A DNA stretch of 64,000 nt from Candidatus Poribacteria bacterium (lineage in GTDB: Bacteria > Poribacteria > WGA-4E > WGA-3G), in NCBI GenBank assembly GCA_965198235.1, contig OZ240248.1:2987412-3051411 (forward strand), read 5' to 3'. A program made the translations under genes and the position numbers. The stretch's first letter is position 1. Each line of letters starts with the position of its first letter. The notes beneath the pieces were generated by a model. The model did no database searches and was not told where the DNA came from. It was given only the letters and a program-made list of their open reading frames with translations. Positions 52,236-60,905 of this stretch are shown here, in pieces.

Positions 52236-54779
52236 ATGATGAAAGGTTTTCTAAGGACATTCATATTCCCCTCTCCACCCCGTAGGGGGTTTTTGCTTGG
52301 GTGTTTTTTCAAAATCTCTGTAGAGAGAATAGCATGCTTAATTCTTGTTTCGATCTTTTTCATACTTCTGCACTCAGCGTTCGGGCAAGAATCCAATGTT
52401 GTTGAGGAGGTCCAAAAACAGGCGCAGAGTTGGTGGTCAAACACGCAGGTCTACGTTGGGGTTATCCTTCTCGTCTTTATAATCAGTAGCGTTGGATATG
52501 TAATAAGGCTCTTTAAAAAAGACAAACTTCTTAAGAAGCTTCTGAATAAATACGTCGTTTTTCAGATGAAGGATGGCAGACGTTACCGAGGCACCATGCG
52601 GCTGGAATTCACAGGTATGGAGATTATCTCTGAGGAATCCCGGCAACGCGGACATGCGCCGAGTTATATTTTCACCAATGAAGAACGCGATGAGGGAATT
52701 GTCGCATACATCCGCTACCTCGATTCGATGAATACGCGTGAACTGAGAGAACGCGCTTGGGAGCTTGAGCGTGTCTATCATCCTCCTGTCATCTACAAGG
52801 TCGGACGGAAAATCCGGAATATGTTCATCGCTCTCAAAGAGGCGTTGAAAGAAGCTATTAGCATGGCATGGAGCAGTTTCACAAGAGGGGCGAACAGACG
52901 CTTAGAGCGGTACCGAGAGGCATATGAAGCTGAAGGCGGCGATCTGGAAAAAAGGTTCGAAAAATTGGAGGATGAATCTGCAGGCTACCTGGAGCAGGAA
53001 AGTTATGAACGTTTAATTGAACGCCTGATTGGAACACGGGTCAAAGTTCGAGTCCGTTTCGGTGAACATACCGCTGAGTACACGGCTATCCTCAAGGACT
53101 ACAATAGTAAACATATTGCGCTCATGAATGTAAAGGATAAGGACAACAACGGCTACGCAGACGAGTGGGAATATGAACATGAATTTAAGAAGGATCTTGC
53201 AAAACTCAACCGTCGTGATGACCGGGGGTTGCGATGTCGTGCGGAAAGCAACACAATCATCTTTGAAAACAATACACCTTATACAATCCGACTTGGACGC
53301 ATTCGGTTGACGGAGGACTCACCGAAATGGGAAAAGGATTATAAGTACAAGTACCATATCGGTGCCTTCAGTGTTCAAAGACTTGAGGTAGAGCCTGTTG
53401 TTAAACATAATGTAGAACCTTTCGAGCGCGTTGCCGTTCGAGACACACGCGCCATAAGCAATTACAAAAAAATTTGGTTCAAGTTTCGCTCTTTCCGCGA
53501 TGCGGATATCGTTTTCCCACGCCGCTACTGCACAATTGTTGAAAGCGCGGAGAAATACCAGCCTGAACTTTTCAGTCTTACCGGCTTGACAGACACTATT
53601 TTAGACATGCGTGATGCGGAGGACATCGCTATTACGGACAAAGATGGCAATGCTATTCACGGTATCAACGTTGTTCACGGATATGTGACAAATGTCAATG
53701 AAGAACGTATTGATTTAAAGGCAATTGATGCGAGTTATAGCCGAAGATGGGACGTTGAAAACGCGTTTCTCCGTTTTGATAATAAACTCCGCCACGGATT
53801 TCCTATCTACAAGCGGCTTCTACCGATAAATCGCGCCCGGATTACAGCGCACGCTTCCCTCGTTGAGCAGATACACAGTAACCCGGTTCGACATGCGGCG
53901 TTAGCGCCGCTTGTTTATCCACAGCCACGTAGCCTAAACGCTGCGGAACAGCGAACACGCAGCCGAAAACGGATGCGGAATCGAATTGTGAGGGGCATAA
54001 ATGCTGCAATTTGGAAATCAGGAAACGGGCTCTCCAAAACTCCTGATATAAAACGTTCGGAAGTACAGATCGCGATGCCTCTCAAACTCATGGCACTCAC
54101 TGGAAATACATCCACTGTCGAGTTTCCAGTCCTTGAACGTTTTGAATACGTTCAAGATCACCACATGATTTACAACTCGGTTCAAGATTTACGGACCGAT
54201 CGGCTTGCCAAGACTAATATTTTATGGATTGGCAACGGCGAAATTTACAAATCCGGCTATCGATTAAACATAGATGCTGAACATCGAATTAAAAACTTCG
54301 TCAGCCAAGGGGGAGTCGTCATCGTTTCCGGACAAGATGTCAAAGCCAGTGCCAAACAACGCCGCGGCACAGGGTGGATTCCGGAGCCGCTCACCGGAAT
54401 TGAATGTGAAGAGGCTTATGAGCTCTCTCCTACATCACAAGGAAAACGCTCCCGTATTTTCCAACATCCGAATCCACTTAATGGAAATCATGCCGATCCA
54501 GAGGCGCAGGATCACCCCTTTATTCGACTGGATGATATGTGGTTGGATCCTCTTGGAAAATGGACATCTCTCGCCAAGATTAACACGACTGCTGCGGGTT
54601 TGCCAAGAAATGGTGAAGATGCCTCCGCGCTGCTACTCCTTCCGTTTCAGAAGGGGTTATACATCGTCACCAGTTTGAAGAATGAGACGCAGGCGGATGT
54701 GCAGGTCAACGATAAAATTATGGAAAACCTGCTCCATTTTTCTGTCAAATGGCTCGACCGGCAACGTAAGAGCGTTTAA
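52236..54779 (+). CDS. Large membrane-anchored hypothetical protein
   Basis: ORF 52215-54779. ATG 52236 lies 5 nt after AGGAG. Two hydrophobic segments, two Sm-like strands (VVFQMKDGRRYRGTM..., VKVRVRFGEHTAEYTAILKDYNSKHIALMNV), and a C-terminal ILWIGNGE...FVSQGGVVIVSGQD region. Confidence 0.65.
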   Translation: MMKGFLRTFIFPSPPRRGFLLGCFFKISVERIACLILVSIFFILLHSAFGQESNVVEEVQKQAQSWWSNTQVYVGVILLVFIISSVGYVIRLFKKDKLLKKLLNKYVVFQMKDGRRYRGTMRLEFTGMEIISEESRQRGHAPSYIFTNEERDEGIVAYIRYLDSMNTRELRERAWELERVYHPPVIYKVGRKIRNMFIALKEALKEAISMAWSSFTRGANRRLERYREAYEAEGGDLEKRFEKLEDESAGYLEQESYERLIERLIGTRVKVRVRFGEHTAEYTAILKDYNSKHIALMNVKDKDNNGYADEWEYEHEFKKDLAKLNRRDDRGLRCRAESNTIIFENNTPYTIRLGRIRLTEDSPKWEKDYKYKYHIGAFSVQRLEVEPVVKHNVEPFERVAVRDTRAISNYKKIWFKFRSFRDADIVFPRRYCTIVESAEKYQPELFSLTGLTDTILDMRDAEDIAITDKDGNAIHGINVVHGYVTNVNEERIDLKAIDASYSRRWDVENAFLRFDNKLRHGFPIYKRLLPINRARITAHASLVEQIHSNPVRHAALAPLVYPQPRSLNAAEQRTRSRKRMRNRIVRGINAAIWKSGNGLSKTPDIKRSEVQIAMPLKLMALTGNTSTVEFPVLERFEYVQDHHMIYNSVQDLRTDRLAKTNILWIGNGEIYKSGYRLNIDAEHRIKNFVSQGGVVIVSGQDVKASAKQRRGTGWIPEPLTGIECEEAYELSPTSQGKRSRIFQHPNPLNGNHADPEAQDHPFIRLDDMWLDPLGKWTSLAKINTTAAGLPRNGEDASALLLLPFQKGLYIVTSLKNETQADVQVNDKIMENLLHFSVKWLDRQRKSV

Positions 54780-55972
54780 TTTATCTGTAGGAGCGAGTGG
54801 TTTTCTGCCGCCGATCTGGAACCCAGCAACACATCAGTAAGCTTCTCATCGCCTTCGGTAACAACCAGTGCAACCGCTAAAACGACTATCGGAAGGTTCC
54901 AGTTATCTGCAAAGCGCGCTAATTTCTGCTCGTCTTTCTGTGTTGTGACAATCAGATCTGCCCCTGCTTCTTGAAAAGCCGTATCTATTCGCTGTTTATC
55001 GGTTTCTGTATAGACATGGTGATCGGGAAATGCCAGCAGTTCTACACTCGCAACGGAGCATCGCATGAGGGTCGCAACAAACGTATCCGGGTTTCCAATT
55101 CCACAAACTGCAAGAATCCGTTTTCCCTTGAGTTCTTTCATATCAGTGGGAATGGCTTTCGGATCTCGGATTTCAGCCGTCGGCAAAGAAGGTTTCGTGC
55201 TAATTGCTGACGGCTGATTGCTGATGGCTAATGGATAGAGATGTGTTGGCTGGTGAATGCTTTCCAAGACCGATGCGTTCGGTGCCAAGGGTTTCACCAA
55301 TTTTTTGATATGTGCAGATACGTCAGGTGTGTCTGCATGCGTCAGTAAGATAAGGTCTGCGCGTTGTAGAGCGGCGGGTGGTTCACGTAGGGTTCCCGCG
55401 GGTAGCAATTTCTCTGGACTACCGAAGGGATGTGTTGCCGGGATAGTGAGAATATCGACATCACGCGCAAGCTGCCGATGCTGAAACCCATCATCTAAGA
55501 GCAAGACATCTACCTTGAAACGTTCAAGCGCAACCTGACCTGCCAGATAGCGACATTTACCTGCGAGAATCGGAACGCTACTGAGGTGTTTTGCCATCAT
55601 GTCCGCTTCATCACCGCTTTCTATGGGAGCGGCACACACTTTTTCGCCGTCCGAGACGATGGTCACTTTTTCGCGAGCACGACGTTTATACCCGCGCAGC
55701 AGAATAGCGACGCGCATCCCCTCTCTTTGAAGATGTTTCACAATGGTGATAACAGCAGGTGTTTTACCTGTCCCGCCAACAACAATGTTACCGACACTGA
55801 TGACGCGGCATGGCAATCTGCGTGCTTTAAATATCCCGTGTGTATATAAGATATTCCGTAGTTGGACGCTTGCCGTGTAGAACCAACTCAATGGAATTAA
55901 TAAAAAGCGTAGAGGGGTGGCGAGAATCCTCTGCTGTAGCGAGGCAAGATCGCGGGAGTGTGTGAGTTTCAT
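54776..55972 (-). CDS. lpxK: Tetraacyldisaccharide 4'-kinase
   Basis: ORF 54776-56050. Start set at MKLTHSRD (55972). P-loop VGNIVVGGTGKTP, DDGFQH, CGIGNPDTF. Overlaps the convergent upstream gene's stop by 4 nt. Confidence 0.85.
   Translation of the reverse strand: MKLTHSRDLASLQQRILATPLRFLLIPLSWFYTASVQLRNILYTHGIFKARRLPCRVISVGNIVVGGTGKTPAVITIVKHLQREGMRVAILLRGYKRRAREKVTIVSDGEKVCAAPIESGDEADMMAKHLSSVPILAGKCRYLAGQVALERFKVDVLLLDDGFQHRQLARDVDILTIPATHPFGSPEKLLPAGTLREPPAALQRADLILLTHADTPDVSAHIKKLVKPLAPNASVLESIHQPTHLYPLAISNQPSAISTKPSLPTAEIRDPKAIPTDMKELKGKRILAVCGIGNPDTFVATLMRCSVASVELLAFPDHHVYTETDKQRIDTAFQEAGADLIVTTQKDEQKLARFADNWNLPIVVLAVALVVTEGDEKLTDVLLGSRSAAENHSLLQIN
55154..55234. repeat. Repeat words embedded in frame in lpxK
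   Basis: TGCTAATTGCTGACGGCTGATTGCTGATGGCTAATGG (55198-55234) matches the intergenic word at 37501-37545. GGCTTTCGGATCTCGGATTTCAGCCGTCGGC (55154-55184) resembles 34765-34785 and the GAAATCCG tandems. Confidence 0.6.
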
Positions 55973-56061
55973 AGTGAATAAAGTTTGCAAGTATCCTAAA
56001 GTTGCGAAGTCTGTAAAGTTGAAAGAAGATTTCCTAACAACTTTAGGCACTTTAGAGCACT

Positions 56062-57321
56062 TTACAGACTTTTTGCAGCATCTAACACTAATTCCGCTGT
56101 GCGTTCAGCTGCACCAGCAGTGCCGAGTTGTGCGTGCACCGTTTGGAGTGCCTCCCGTTGTGTCTTTCGTTTCTGTGGATTCTGTAGGAAATCAAGAGAC
56201 AGTTCCGTCAGAGCAGTAGGTGTCAGTTCTGTCTGTAGGAGTTCTGGGACAATGTCTCGTCCCGCAATAAGGTTCGGAAGTCCGCTCCGCTCCAAGGGGG
56301 TCAATGCCTTGATGATGTGCCAGTTAAGCGATGCTGTCCGAAAAACAATGATCATCGGTGTACCGATGCATGCCGCCTCAAGCGTCGCTGTGCCAGAGGT
56401 AACCAGTAACAAGGTCGATGCTCGCATTGCCGGATAAGTTGCGTCTTCCACAATTTTGATGGGTGGAATCTGCAGTCCTGACAGGTTTTGCTCCTGCTGG
56501 TACTTCGTAATGAGTTCGTGTGAAATTCCTGGTGCTAATGGGAGAACCCACTGGGCGTTTGGATAGACTTTGGCAATGTTTGCCGCGGCGCTTAGCATCA
56601 CTGGCAAAATGTGTCGAATTTCGGAACGGCGACTCCCTGGCATCAATCCGATGACAGGCGTATTCTCAGCGTCTTCCGTTTCACATAAATTGAGATGTTC
56701 GCGTGCGGCTTGTGTGCTGAGGGGTGTCTGTGCGAAATCAACAAGCGGGTGCCCGACAAATTCGGCGTTCGCACCCGCGTTTCGGTAAAATTCTGCTTCA
56801 AAAGGGAAGATTGCCGCGACAACGTCTGCCCACTTTGCCAACTTCCGTGCCCGGTTTGCACGCCACGCCCACGCTTTCGGCGGGATGTAATACACGACTC
56901 GGACACCCTGCTTCTGGGCAAACTTCGCTAACGGCATATTAAACTCCGCAAAGTCCACGAGGAGAAGAACATCGGGGCGTTCCTCACGGATGCGCCGTTT
57001 CAGATGTGCCTGTTTCCGAAGGAACATCGGTAGGACAGTGATAACATCCGCAAACCCCATGACAGCCGAATCTCGGATATGAAAATCGAGTGACACGGAT
57101 GCCTTTTCCATCCAGTCGCCGCCCATGCCGAAGAGTGTTATATCGGGACAAAGTGCCGTGAGTCGGCGTGCGACATGAGAAGCGTGTAAGTCACCAGAGG
57201 GTTCTCCAGCAACAATCATAATTTTCGGCTGTCGGAAACCATCGTCTGAACTGTGATTTATAAGATTAGTAGATGGACCTTGATTGGATGTTCTTGTAAT
57301 CATGGCAAATCTTAAAATCAT
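56062..57321 (-). CDS. lpxB: Lipid-A-disaccharide synthase
   Basis: IMIVAGEPSGDLHASHV and family-wide collinearity. The N-terminal 30 aa may not be translated (alternative starts downstream). Confidence 0.9.
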   Translation of the reverse strand: MILRFAMITRTSNQGPSTNLINHSSDDGFRQPKIMIVAGEPSGDLHASHVARRLTALCPDITLFGMGGDWMEKASVSLDFHIRDSAVMGFADVITVLPMFLRKQAHLKRRIREERPDVLLLVDFAEFNMPLAKFAQKQGVRVVYYIPPKAWAWRANRARKLAKWADVVAAIFPFEAEFYRNAGANAEFVGHPLVDFAQTPLSTQAAREHLNLCETEDAENTPVIGLMPGSRRSEIRHILPVMLSAAANIAKVYPNAQWVLPLAPGISHELITKYQQEQNLSGLQIPPIKIVEDATYPAMRASTLLLVTSGTATLEAACIGTPMIIVFRTASLNWHIIKALTPLERSGLPNLIAGRDIVPELLQTELTPTALTELSLDFLQNPQKRKTQREALQTVHAQLGTAGAAERTAELVLDAAKSL

Positions 57322-57343
57322 CAGAATCCAGGTTCAGACTTCT

Positions 57344-58387
57344 CTACGGCATCATCCCCGGCACCTTCAGTCCGTCAGTCTCTTTGAAGCCGAACATCAG
57401 ATTGAGATTCTGCACAACGGCTCCTGCTGCGCCTTTACCGAGATTGTCAATTGCTGCCATCGCGACGATACGACGTGTCCGCGCATCCACTTCAAGCCCA
57501 ACATCGCAATAGTTGCTGCCGAGGACTGCCTTCGTCTGAGGGTATGTGCCGGTAGGAAGCACCCGAACGAAGGGCTCATTCTCGTAGAACGCTGTGTACA
57601 TATCAAGGGCTTCCGCTGTAGATATAACTTCTGTGAGACGCATATAGACGGTGCTAAAGATACCGCGTGTCATCGGGACAAGGTGTGGTGTGAACGTCAC
57701 GCGAACTGGTTCAGATGCGACAGCACTCAATTCCTGCTCAATTTCCGGTGTATGTTGATGCACACCGACTTTGTATGCGACAAAGTTTGACTCTCGATTC
57801 GCGTAGTGCGTATTTTCGCTCGGTTTCGGACCAGCACCCGAAATGCCCGATTTCGAGTCAATGATAATAGAGTCCAATTCCACCACACTACGTGCCACTA
57901 ACGGCAGTGCTGCAAGTATAGCACTCATTGGGTAACACCCTGGATTCGCGACGAGTTGGGCAGTGCGGATGCAATCGCGATAACGTTCCGGCAGCCCATA
58001 CACTGCTTGTGGTATCAGTGATGCGCTCGTATGTTCGGCGTGATACCAAGCTTCGTAGGTTTCGGCATCCTCAAATCGATAATCTCCACTGAAATCCACG
58101 ACGCGTAAACCTTGTGCCAAAATCTGCGGCACGAAAGACATCGCCACTCTGTGTGGAACGGCGAGCACAACGGCATCCACTCTCTCTTTGAGGGAATCAA
58201 TATCTAAGGCTTCAAATTTGGACGATAGAAACCCGCGGAGGTTGGGTAGAACACTGTCAATACACTGCCCAGCGTAGGTTTCAGACGTGCAAAGTGCAAC
58301 ATCAAGTTCGCCAGGGTGGTTGACAAGGAAGCGTAGCAATTCGCTGCCACCATACCCTGATGCGCCAATAATTCCAAGTTTCATCAT
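57344..58387 (-). CDS. argC: N-acetyl-gamma-glutamyl-phosphate reductase
   Basis: MKLGIIGASGYGG, active-site NPGCYP, C-terminal DNLGKGAAG. Confidence 0.9.
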   Translation of the reverse strand: MMKLGIIGASGYGGSELLRFLVNHPGELDVALCTSETYAGQCIDSVLPNLRGFLSSKFEALDIDSLKERVDAVVLAVPHRVAMSFVPQILAQGLRVVDFSGDYRFEDAETYEAWYHAEHTSASLIPQAVYGLPERYRDCIRTAQLVANPGCYPMSAILAALPLVARSVVELDSIIIDSKSGISGAGPKPSENTHYANRESNFVAYKVGVHQHTPEIEQELSAVASEPVRVTFTPHLVPMTRGIFSTVYMRLTEVISTAEALDMYTAFYENEPFVRVLPTGTYPQTKAVLGSNYCDVGLEVDARTRRIVAMAAIDNLGKGAAGAVVQNLNLMFGFKETDGLKVPGMMP

Positions 58388-58437
58388 TTAAGTCTCACTG
58401 TATGTTTTTTATTAGAAGGTTATAGATTATATCAGGA

Positions 58438-58466
58438 ATTGTAGCACATTTCGAGCGAAATGTCAA
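58438..58466 (-). promoter_or_regulatory. Near-consensus sigma70 promoter of argC-lpxB-lpxK
   Basis: Minus strand reads TTGACA - 17 nt - (TGC)TACAAT. Confidence 0.55.
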
Positions 58467-58542
58467 ATTATTGCAGGGGCTCACACCCAGAGCCATTCAA
58501 TTCTCACGAGGTGCCTTTGTGGGAGGGCTTTATCAGTTTCTT

Positions 58543-58758
58543 GTAGGTTGGGTTGAACGCAACTTCACCAGAACCCACAATCCTCGCAAACCTCGGACGG
58601 ACAAAAACACATTAATATCTCCAATCCCGTAGTGAAACCCAACGAAAGCCTTGGAAAGTTGGGTTTCGCTGTCTTCCTGTGATGCGGCAGGGTTCTCCAA
58701 GATTAGGGGTTTCTTGGGTATATCCCGGTCTGGGTCGGTTCCGCTCAACCCAACCTAC
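58543..58758. repeat. 216-bp nested palindromic element (MITE-like or structured RNA)
   Basis: Outer inverted repeat GTAGGTTGGGTTGAACGC / GCTCAACCCAACCTAC. Middle pairing AGAACCC / GGGTTCT. Inner hairpin GAAACCCAAC-14 nt-GTTGGGTTTC (58634-58667). Confidence 0.65.
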
Positions 58759-58927
58759 GTCCCTCCATGCCCATAATCCTGTAAATCCTGATTCAGACAA
58801 CTGCTTGTCGATCTCCCCTCCCGATTCCTAACTGCTATTCTGCTGTAGGAGCGAGTGTTTTTGCTTGGGTGTTTCCCCATGCTCGCGACTCTTGTTGACT
58901 GCTAACGACTGCCCCCAAAGAAATAAA

Positions 58928-58956
58928 TTGACAGACCACCGTATACGCGGTAAAAT
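58928..58956 (+). promoter_or_regulatory. Consensus sigma70 promoter 267 nt upstream of the next ORF
   Basis: TTGACA - 17 nt - TAAAAT. Confidence 0.5.
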
Positions 58957-59222
58957 ATGTATGGAATTTGCACGATGTCAGTAACCCACTCCTAAAGGAT
59001 TGGGCTTGCGCGAAGCGTAGCCAAACGTCCACTCCGCAAGTTAAACCGCTGACTATAGGTCGCCCGGACCCGTGGCGATATCAATAACGGGCATAGCGGG
59101 TCCGCAGGCACCCGAGAACAACAAAGCCTGCACTTACCCGTAAAAAAAGGAGGGCGGTTTTTCCTCCTAAACCTAAAGGATTGGGTTCCCAAACCGTGAA
59201 CGTAGATGAAAAGGAGACTACT

Positions 59223-59972
59223 ATGAAGTTAGCACGATATGAATTAAATGGCACAATCAGTTACGGCATTGTCTCAGGAGACAATCTAAGCGTCCTATCG
59301 GGATGCCCGTTCAGTGAATATAGCGAAACTGGGGAAACCGTCGCGTTAGCGGATGTCAAACTGCTTGCCCCGACGACACCCACACAGGTGTTGGCTGTCG
59401 GCTTGAATTATCGGAGTCATTTGGGCGGAGATCCGGAACCGCAAAACCCTGAAATCTTTATCAAAACGCCTTCCTGTATCAACGACCCGGAGGGCAATAT
59501 TGAATTACCCGATGGCGATGATGAAATCCACGCCGAAGGTGAACTCGTCGTCATAATAAAGGAACGGACAAGCAAGGCGACCCCGGAAGAAGCAGCCGCC
59601 AACATTTTGGGCGTGACCTGCGGCAATGATGTCAGCGCACGCACATGGCAGAGCAACGACATGCAGTGGTGGCGCGCCAAAGCATCTGACACCTTTGGCC
59701 CCATGGGTCCCATCATCGCTACTGATGTTGACTACACCGATGCCCAATTGGAGACCCGCATCAACGGCGAAGTCGTCCAGAAGCAGACCACTGCCGATCT
59801 TATTTTCCCGGTGACAACGGTTGTCAGTTTCATTTCGCAGGCGATTACTCTTGAACCGGGGGATGCAATCTTTACCGGCACACCCGGCACAACAACTGCT
59901 TTGAAAGCCGGTGATGTCGTTGAGATTGAAATTGAAGGCATTGGCATTCTGAAAAATCCTGTCATAGCGTAG
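59223..59972 (+). CDS. Fumarylacetoacetate hydrolase family protein
   Basis: ORF 59181-59972. ATG 59223 follows AAGGAG. Motifs VGLNYRSH, EGELVVII, PGDAIFTGTP. Confidence 0.85.
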   Translation: MKLARYELNGTISYGIVSGDNLSVLSGCPFSEYSETGETVALADVKLLAPTTPTQVLAVGLNYRSHLGGDPEPQNPEIFIKTPSCINDPEGNIELPDGDDEIHAEGELVVIIKERTSKATPEEAAANILGVTCGNDVSARTWQSNDMQWWRAKASDTFGPMGPIIATDVDYTDAQLETRINGEVVQKQTTADLIFPVTTVVSFISQAITLEPGDAIFTGTPGTTTALKAGDVVEIEIEGIGILKNPVIA

Positions 59973-60009
59973 TAACTCCTTCGTAGATGTGCTTTCTAAT
60001 CCCTTTGCT

Positions 60010-60030
60010 GGCGAGGTTTTTAACCTCGCC
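60010..60030. repeat. GGCGAGGTT-TTT-AACCTCGCC hairpin word
   Basis: Same word as 22936-22956. A related copy, GGCAAGGTTTTTTAACCTTGC, lies at 60862-60882. Confidence 0.8.
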
Positions 60031-60166
60031 CTGTTCTACTCGGAAACTCGTCTAATATCCTGCGATTTTAAGGTTATAGATACAGGAAGCCAAGAAATCT
60101 TACCCCAGCGGGGCAAAAGGTGGATAGAATTAAAATTGTCCAAAGTTTATTAATGGGTCAACACTC

Positions 60167-60835
60167 ATGAAAAAATTGTTTAGAGATTTCGTATTATTAT
60201 TGGCAGGTTTGCTCACTGTTTCAATGCTCATCGGTTGTGGCAGTGGCGATGACATAGTCACAGATGAGCCTGTTCCAGCTAATTTTGTAAGTGCGACCCC
60301 GCCGGGCGGCGAGATTGCCGCAAATGGGACTATTACGGTTACCTTTGATAACCCACCAACTGATGTCACGGTAAATGTCGGTACTGTCAAGGTTGCAGGT
60401 AAAACGTGGTTGGGTTATAAAGCGATTATCACGGGGCCTTTCGTCCCCGGTCCACTTGCATTGACGGTCACTTGGGCTGATGGAACCCAGGCACTCACCT
60501 ATAGGGTTACCAGTCCTGACTGATGTGGACCCACAGTTACTGGCGGGTCCGTCAGAGATGGTGACATAGATGTCGATCCCGAAGCTATCAACAGTGACGG
60601 GAAGATTGAGATTACCTTCGCTGAAGATATGACCGGAAACATCGCCCTTCAAACCGAAAGCGGGGCTGATGTCGGTTGGCTTAGCAAAGTCGAAGGTAAC
60701 AAAGCGATCCTTGAACTTGTCAAAGGTAGGGAACTTCAAAACGAAACCACCTACGTTATCAGAGGGAAAGTTCGAGACGCTGCTGGCAACTTTATTGATA
60801 TTGCTGTAACCTTTGTAACCAAGGGTAAAGAGTAA
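60167..60835 (+). pseudogene. Two-domain Ig-like (SbsA/Big-type) lipoprotein interrupted by an in-frame TGA at 60521-60523
   Basis: Lipobox LLTVSMLIGCGSG. ORF 60167-60523 and ORF 60629-60835 share one frame, and the stretch between them (CGPTVTGGSVRDGDIDVDPEAINSDGKIEITFAED) is open and domain-like. Confidence 0.65.
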
Positions 60836-60905
60836 ATTCAAATCCTGCTTTGACTTGCATTGGCAAGGTTTTTTAACCTTGCGTTGTCCCAATAAGGAAA
60901 AGAAA

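Noticed and set aside
51959-52444. 161-aa minus-strand ORF bridging two plus-strand genes
   Set aside because: It covers the 3' end of the TIM-barrel gene, the spacer repeats and the 5' end of the membrane protein gene. It has no independent support.
58533-58800. Two overlapping minus-strand ORFs (71 and 62 aa)
   Set aside because: They lie entirely in the nested palindromic element and read as translated inverted repeats.
60521-60523. Alternative genetic code with TGA as a sense codon
   Set aside because: TGA terminates well-defined genes here (for example trxB at 28689-28691 and hicA at 63678-63680), and ORF lengths are normal under code 11.
60221-60892. 223-aa minus-strand ORF
   Set aside because: It is antisense to the Ig-like lipoprotein, which has a lipobox and domain-like sequence on the plus strand. 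It is a shadow ORF.
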